DNA from: a virus
Lineage: Duplodnaviria; Caudoviricetes
Reading direction: 5' to 3' (one strand)
Length of the DNA: 54,227 nt
Virus record (IMG/VR): IMGVR_UViG_3300032249_000551
Coordinates: 1-54,227 of that record
Positions 49,683-54,227 of this stretch are shown here, piece by piece. Below the pieces are notes generated by a model. The model did not search any database, was not told the origin of the DNA, and saw only the letters and a program-made list of their open reading frames with translations. Each line of letters starts with the position of its first letter. Within the stretch, counting starts at the first letter, position 1. A program made the translations under genes and the position numbers.

Positions 49683-51947
49683 CTACACCGCCGTGAGGTT
49701 TGTGTACTCTGGTGGATAGGATTTTTCGTAACTTCTAATACGCCAGAATGAGTTTTGAGGCATCCAGTCCTTTAAGGTGTAACCTAAGCGTGGCACCTTT
49801 AGTGGTTTGCTATTGTACACTGAAGAGTATGAGTTACCAACTGTACCTTGCCACACCGCACCAAATGGATTACCGCTAATTGCTGAAAGACTTCCATCAA
49901 AGTAGTCTGTTGACTTAGGGGCTTTCTCTGCTTGTATAGAGTCCAAATAGATTGTGTTTGCTCCAGTACCTGAGAACACAACTTCAAGAGTTGCTATTCC
50001 AGAACCAATACCTACAAGAGCAGTTCCAGGAGTTGCAGCCGAACTACGTACTGTATCTATGTATTCGTCTTGTAACCAAGAAGCAGATGAGGTGACAGTG
50101 TAAGGGGTAGGAGCGTCAGTAGAGACAACTGTTCCTAGGGAGTCTCTTCCTACAAATGTTACGGTGAAATCTGCAGTTGCTTTTTTATAGAAAGACAATG
50201 CATAGTACTGACCCTCTTCAACTGGGAATGAGTTAGAGGTGTATGACCAAGCACCGCTTGTGTTTACTAACTTTGCGCTGTGTGTACCTGAGTAAGACTC
50301 TTCTGGGTAACTCACGTCTTGTGTAACAGTGAGGTTAGTGCCTACTTTTGTCCAACTGTTTGTTACGTTTGTTTCAAAGGTTGGGTTTTTAATAAAGTTT
50401 GTTTTATCAGGATTTAAAAAGATATCTACTGCACGTGCCTCGTCATAGGAAACTGTTTGTCCACTTTGGACGCAAACCATATCTACATAGTACGTTCCAG
50501 CCGCAGACCAAGCAAGTTTAACAGAGGCATACACAGCATCTGTTTTACCGTTTTCAACTAAACCTGTAGTAGTTGTAGTACCAGTAGCTGCTCCGCTTGT
50601 TACAGTAAAAGTGGTTGTTGTCGGTGTTGCAGCAATGGTTGCTCCAGTAAGGTTGAACGCTGTATCTGGGCTTAAAAAACCTGAGATGGTCACTGTTTCT
50701 CCTGCAACCAAATTATGAGCCGAAGAAGTTGTGTACGTAATAGTTCCTGAAGCACCAGTAGCTGTAGACACAGCAACTGACACGTTCTTTGTTGTTCTTG
50801 CGCTAATAGATGCTTGTGCCCAGGTATTTGTAGCTGAAGTTGCTGAGCCAGATGATGCGCTACCAATTTGTACGCCTTTGCCATCGTGGTAAGTGATGGT
50901 TGGAGTTATTGTTCCAGCACTTGCTGGAGACTTTACCTGAGCAGAAAGCGTGTAGTAAGTAGCTGGGTTTACAGGCACACCTTTTCTAACTGGGTCGTCT
51001 AACCCTAGAATCATTGAACCAGCTCCTGTTGCAACAATTTTACAGGTGTAGGTTAAATCAATATTGTTTGAGTTTGTAGGCGGTGTTTGTCCTGTAGATG
51101 AAACAAATTCTGAGGTGTTTGTGCTTATCCAATTACCTGTTGATTGGTAGAAGGTTGAGTCTTGTGCGGTTAGCATAAGGTTATTGGATACGGTTATAGT
51201 TGGTGCATAACCTGTAAGTGCTTCAACATAGGTGCTTAACCCATTTTCTGTTCCTTTATGGGTGTACATATAGATAGCTTCACGTATAAGTTGTTTTTGA
51301 TTTTTAACTGGCAATCCAAGTTCTGGTAAAAGCCCGTAGTTTGCATTTTCCAAAGGAAGCATTGAAGCCACAGTTGAAATGCGAGTGTGGTCTGGCAATA
51401 ACAAATCTAAATAAGTTATTGTTTCTTCTAAGTCAAAAGCAAAAGCATCTATAAAAATTGATAAAGCGGAGTTTGGGTCTACTGGTGATAAAGGGCTTTG
51501 TTCTTTGCTTGTGTAAACTCTTGGTAAATAGCTCAAAAGTTTTTCTGATGTGCTGTGGTTTGTAGGAACTACCGCAGAAATAGAACCTGCAATCACCCAA
51601 GATTGAGCAGATGTAAACAAAAAGATTCTGTAATAAAGTGGTTTACCTGGCACTAAAGGTGGAGTGTTTGGTAAGTCTTCTACCCCACCTCCATCGTTAA
51701 ATGAAGTTTTTGTAAATGAGTCTGTTGCTGATTCATAGACTACAGTTCCGTCTTCTGCAGTTTCTGGGTAAGAATTTTGATTACGGACTATGCGAACACG
51801 ACTGTAAGTTCCTGTTGGAGTTTGCCAGTACAGGTATGCCTCATAAAAGTCAGTAACAAGCAACGACATAGGTTCAACAGAGTACGCAAGTAGTGGGTTG
51901 ATACCGTACTTAGATATTCCATATACCGCGTTACCATAATTAGCCAT
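49683..51947 (-). CDS. Baseplate wedge/tail protein (P2 gpI-like core) with carbohydrate-binding-like domains
   Basis: LP.VY...R.LIREA..MY..KGT..GL...AL.G; N.I.NP.FE CBM-like repeats; H.L.AG.TV.I module. Confidence 0.75.
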   Translation of the reverse strand: MANYGNAVYGISKYGINPLLAYSVEPMSLLVTDFYEAYLYWQTPTGTYSRVRIVRNQNSYPETAEDGTVVYESATDSFTKTSFNDGGGVEDLPNTPPLVPGKPLYYRIFLFTSAQSWVIAGSISAVVPTNHSTSEKLLSYLPRVYTSKEQSPLSPVDPNSALSIFIDAFAFDLEETITYLDLLLPDHTRISTVASMLPLENANYGLLPELGLPVKNQKQLIREAIYMYTHKGTENGLSTYVEALTGYAPTITVSNNLMLTAQDSTFYQSTGNWISTNTSEFVSSTGQTPPTNSNNIDLTYTCKIVATGAGSMILGLDDPVRKGVPVNPATYYTLSAQVKSPASAGTITPTITYHDGKGVQIGSASSGSATSATNTWAQASISARTTKNVSVAVSTATGASGTITYTTSSAHNLVAGETVTISGFLSPDTAFNLTGATIAATPTTTTFTVTSGAATGTTTTTGLVENGKTDAVYASVKLAWSAAGTYYVDMVCVQSGQTVSYDEARAVDIFLNPDKTNFIKNPTFETNVTNSWTKVGTNLTVTQDVSYPEESYSGTHSAKLVNTSGAWSYTSNSFPVEEGQYYALSFYKKATADFTVTFVGRDSLGTVVSTDAPTPYTVTSSASWLQDEYIDTVRSSAATPGTALVGIGSGIATLEVVFSGTGANTIYLDSIQAEKAPKSTDYFDGSLSAISGNPFGAVWQGTVGNSYSSVYNSKPLKVPRLGYTLKDWMPQNSFWRIRSYEKSYPPEYTNLTAV

Positions 51948-51956
51948 TTATAATCC

Positions 51957-52640
51957 TTATCGGATGTCGCCTAGTACAAACCATGTGTCAGTCTCTGTCT
52001 TTATGCAGGTTGCTGCAGAATACTGAACACGGGTATATGGAGCTGCAACGGTTGCTCCTGCAGAAACAATAGTTGTTGTACCAGGTGTCACAGCAGAGAT
52101 GGTTGTTGTTCCAGCTCCAAATTGAGCTACATTTAATTTTGTGCCAATTGGATAAGCAACCGAAGCATTTGTTGGGATTGAAAAAATATTTGCAGTTGCA
52201 ACTGTCATAGTTACTAGCTTGTCTGCATCTGAAAGAACTGCTGTATACGATGCTGTTCGTGCGTTAATACCGATGTAGATTTTTGCATCGTTCAATACTG
52301 GTGCAGTACCAAAAGAAGTTAAAGATGAGCCAGTAATTGTTGATTTAAGAGTAGTTCCAGCAAGAGTTTCTGCAGCAATAGCTGCTACTTGAGCACGGGT
52401 ATTCGCAATACCGATTTCAATATTATTAATGCGGTCTTTAACGGTTGACCAGGTAGTAGTAGTAGTATCAAACCCAGTTGTCCCCCACCCAGAGCTAGTT
52501 AACGGAAAAGTTCCAAGAGTAGTTTCAATAGATGTAACTTCACCCTGAAGGTCATTGATGTGAGACGCAATAACGGTATCTGTAAAGTCAACTTTAGAGC
52601 TAAAGTCGTTCTTAATATTCCCTGGGTAATAGACTGCCAT
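51957..52640 (-). CDS. Tail fibre/baseplate-associated protein
   Basis: A.HIN.LQ.EV..IE..LG N-terminus; SYT.VLSDA.KLV...IP.NASVAYPIGT...W.V.GD module common in fibres. Confidence 0.65.
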   Translation of the reverse strand: MAVYYPGNIKNDFSSKVDFTDTVIASHINDLQGEVTSIETTLGTFPLTSSGWGTTGFDTTTTTWSTVKDRINNIEIGIANTRAQVAAIAAETLAGTTLKSTITGSSLTSFGTAPVLNDAKIYIGINARTASYTAVLSDADKLVTMTVATANIFSIPTNASVAYPIGTKLNVAQFGAGTTTISAVTPGTTTIVSAGATVAAPYTRVQYSAATCIKTETDTWFVLGDIR

Positions 52641-52696
52641 GAGTTACCTTTCCATCGTAATGTTGTATTTTCTCTGGTTTACGTGCTAATTACTGC

Positions 52697-53173
52697 CTAA
52701 ACGTGAGTGTGACTAGTGCTTGCCTTTGTAGCCATCTGTGCTTCCAAAGTATTAATCCGTGTTTCGTGATCTTTTAACTTGTTTGCAATAGTTAAAAGAG
52801 TTTTTGTAAGGTCAACTACTTGAGTACCATCAGGCTCTGTTGCGATAATGAGGTAAGGTGCTAAACCAGATAAAGAGATTGAGTTTGAAAGTGGGGTTAC
52901 TAAGTAGGGTTTACTAGCATCCTGATGTTTTCCAAATGACCCTACCCAAACAGGGTATTCCGAATCTCCAGAAACGTAAGAAACCCAAACACCTTGACCA
53001 ACCTTTGGTGGCTCAGAATGAATGCCATGAGGTTCAACAGGCCAAACCCAGTCAGTAACTTCAACACCTGTTGTTTGAGGAACTAGAACCTGTAACCTAC
53101 GTTGATTAAGTGGGTCTCTGTTATTTTGAACAATCCCTCTATAGAACCCAACATTTTTACGAACATTATCCAC
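52697..53173 (-). CDS. gp5/VgrG-like OB-fold baseplate spike-associated protein
   Basis: YRGIV.NN.DP...RL.V.VP...W......P.VG.GVWV....GD..YPVW.G. Confidence 0.8.
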   Translation of the reverse strand: MDNVRKNVGFYRGIVQNNRDPLNQRRLQVLVPQTTGVEVTDWVWPVEPHGIHSEPPKVGQGVWVSYVSGDSEYPVWVGSFGKHQDASKPYLVTPLSNSISLSGLAPYLIIATEPDGTQVVDLTKTLLTIANKLKDHETRINTLEAQMATKASTSHTHV

Positions 53174-54227
53174 TGTAAGCGCCGATGTTCATGTTGGTTT
53201 CTTTAAACCTAAATATTTCATTGGCAAACCCTGTAAGAGGTGCAAGCCCTGTAACAACTCCTGTTCCAGAAGCTGTTCCAGTAGTTGCGTTAGCTACTAC
53301 GATTCGGTAGTCATCAACAGCTACTACAGGTGCATTTGAAACGTTAAATCCAGCAGCAGATAACGATGTAATTGTAACCGTTCCACCAGCTTTCATAGCA
53401 TGGCGTTGGTTTGTGGTGTAAGTAATGTACCCAGACGCGACTGTGTCTAAGTTGTAACCTACTTTTACATTTGTTGCATTTCCAGTAATGGTAGTACCAT
53501 TTTTATACAACGCAGTTAACTTCGCTGTCTTTACACCTTCAGTTTGATTTAAAATATACTCAATATCTTGAGGATAAATGGTGTCTTGAAATTGCATTCC
53601 AGTGTATCCATAGACTGTAAGTAAAGACTTTTTAATGTTTACATCTACTTCAGTCTGTGTGTATTGACTTAGTTTTACGTACTGAACAGTTACAATTAAA
53701 TCAGAGTACGAAGGAGGTTGCACCGTTACGGTGCTTCCTATCAAAACTTTATCTGACAAATAGTCAGAAACATTGCTTGCTAACTCTGTGTATTCAGAAG
53801 TAACCGTTCCTGAGCTATTTAATCCAGGTTGTTCGTCAGTGTCATTTATACCTCTAGAGGGTGCAATGTATACGGTTACAGAAGTCCAAGTTGAAGCATA
53901 AGCGTTTGCTTTACCAATCCCAGTAACTGACACAGCTAAGTCTTCATAATCTTTTAACGTTACAGCTCTGTTTGACGCTCTTAGAGCAAGTGGTGCAGAC
54001 GCTCTAATCTCATCATTACTTTCAGGTTCTGCCCCACCTACAGCGGCAGCACCGTTAGACACCGTAATAGCAGAGGCAAGAGCGGTGGTAGCAGCTGTTG
54101 TGCTTCCTGGGATATAAGAAATTGTGTCAATTACGTTTGAAGAGATGTTACCTAAGTTTCCTCCGCCTACTGTGTACATTGCTTTAATCACAGAACTAGC
54201 TACTGGTATTGCTCCAGAAACTCCGTC
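53166..54227 (-). CDS. Baseplate J/gp6-like wedge protein, 5'-truncated by window edge
   Basis: Y.VGGG..GN, A.GGAEPES..EIR..AP......RAVT..DYE. Confidence 0.88.
   Translation of the reverse strand, partial: DGVSGAIPVASSVIKAMYTVGGGNLGNISSNVIDTISYIPGSTTAATTALASAITVSNGAAAVGGAEPESNDEIRASAPLALRASNRAVTLKDYEDLAVSVTGIGKANAYASTWTSVTVYIAPSRGINDTDEQPGLNSSGTVTSEYTELASNVSDYLSDKVLIGSTVTVQPPSYSDLIVTVQYVKLSQYTQTEVDVNIKKSLLTVYGYTGMQFQDTIYPQDIEYILNQTEGVKTAKLTALYKNGTTITGNATNVKVGYNLDTVASGYITYTTNQRHAMKAGGTVTITSLSAAGFNVSNAPVVAVDDYRIVVANATTGTASGTGVVTGLAPLTGFANEIFRFKETNMNIGAYSG

Overview
A 54-kb internal segment of a tailed dsDNA phage with a contractile tail (baseplate J, wedge and gp5-like spike genes). It is moderately AT-rich by eye. 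The host is most likely an actinobacterium (WhiB, actinobacterial-type small Zn-finger proteins, many leaderless -10-to-ATG promoters); a low-GC freshwater lineage is an inference. Layout: (i) 1-7939, mostly minus strand: putative holin, CHAP hydrolase, HslV/proteasome-beta-like peptidase, HNH and PD-(D/E)XK nucleases, a GNAT and an Arr-like ADP-ribosyltransferase. (ii) 7940-9231: a 1.3-kb non-coding stretch with repeats, a sigma-A-type promoter and about 380 nt of consecutive long hairpins. (iii) 9232-21912, plus strand, apparently early genes: MoxR-type AAA+/VWA pair, many small hypotheticals, HNH, a tyrosine recombinase with an insertion, a lytic transglycosylase. (iv) 22035-54227, minus strand: class II RNR, TGT-like, HAD-like, GNAT and nucleotidyltransferase genes, small basic proteins, SpoVS, RuvC-like, dNMP kinase, Cas4-like exonuclease, WhiB, RecA, PolA, SSB, SNF2 helicase, primase, DnaB, DnaC-like loader, an initiator with internal iterons, and baseplate genes. 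The strongest unexplained signal is in blocks (ii)-(iii). About 12 kb read by eye contain no AGCT, ACGT, ATAT, GGCC or CCWGG. The block opens with a structured leader RNA and carries a strand-specific 13-mer, CCG(A/C)AGGGACAAA, roughly every 2 kb. It ends at a tandem copy of that motif followed by a 12-bp repeat array. This looks like a first-injected or early DNA module with its own cis-acting code. All family calls come from motif recognition, not database searches, and all motif counts are manual.
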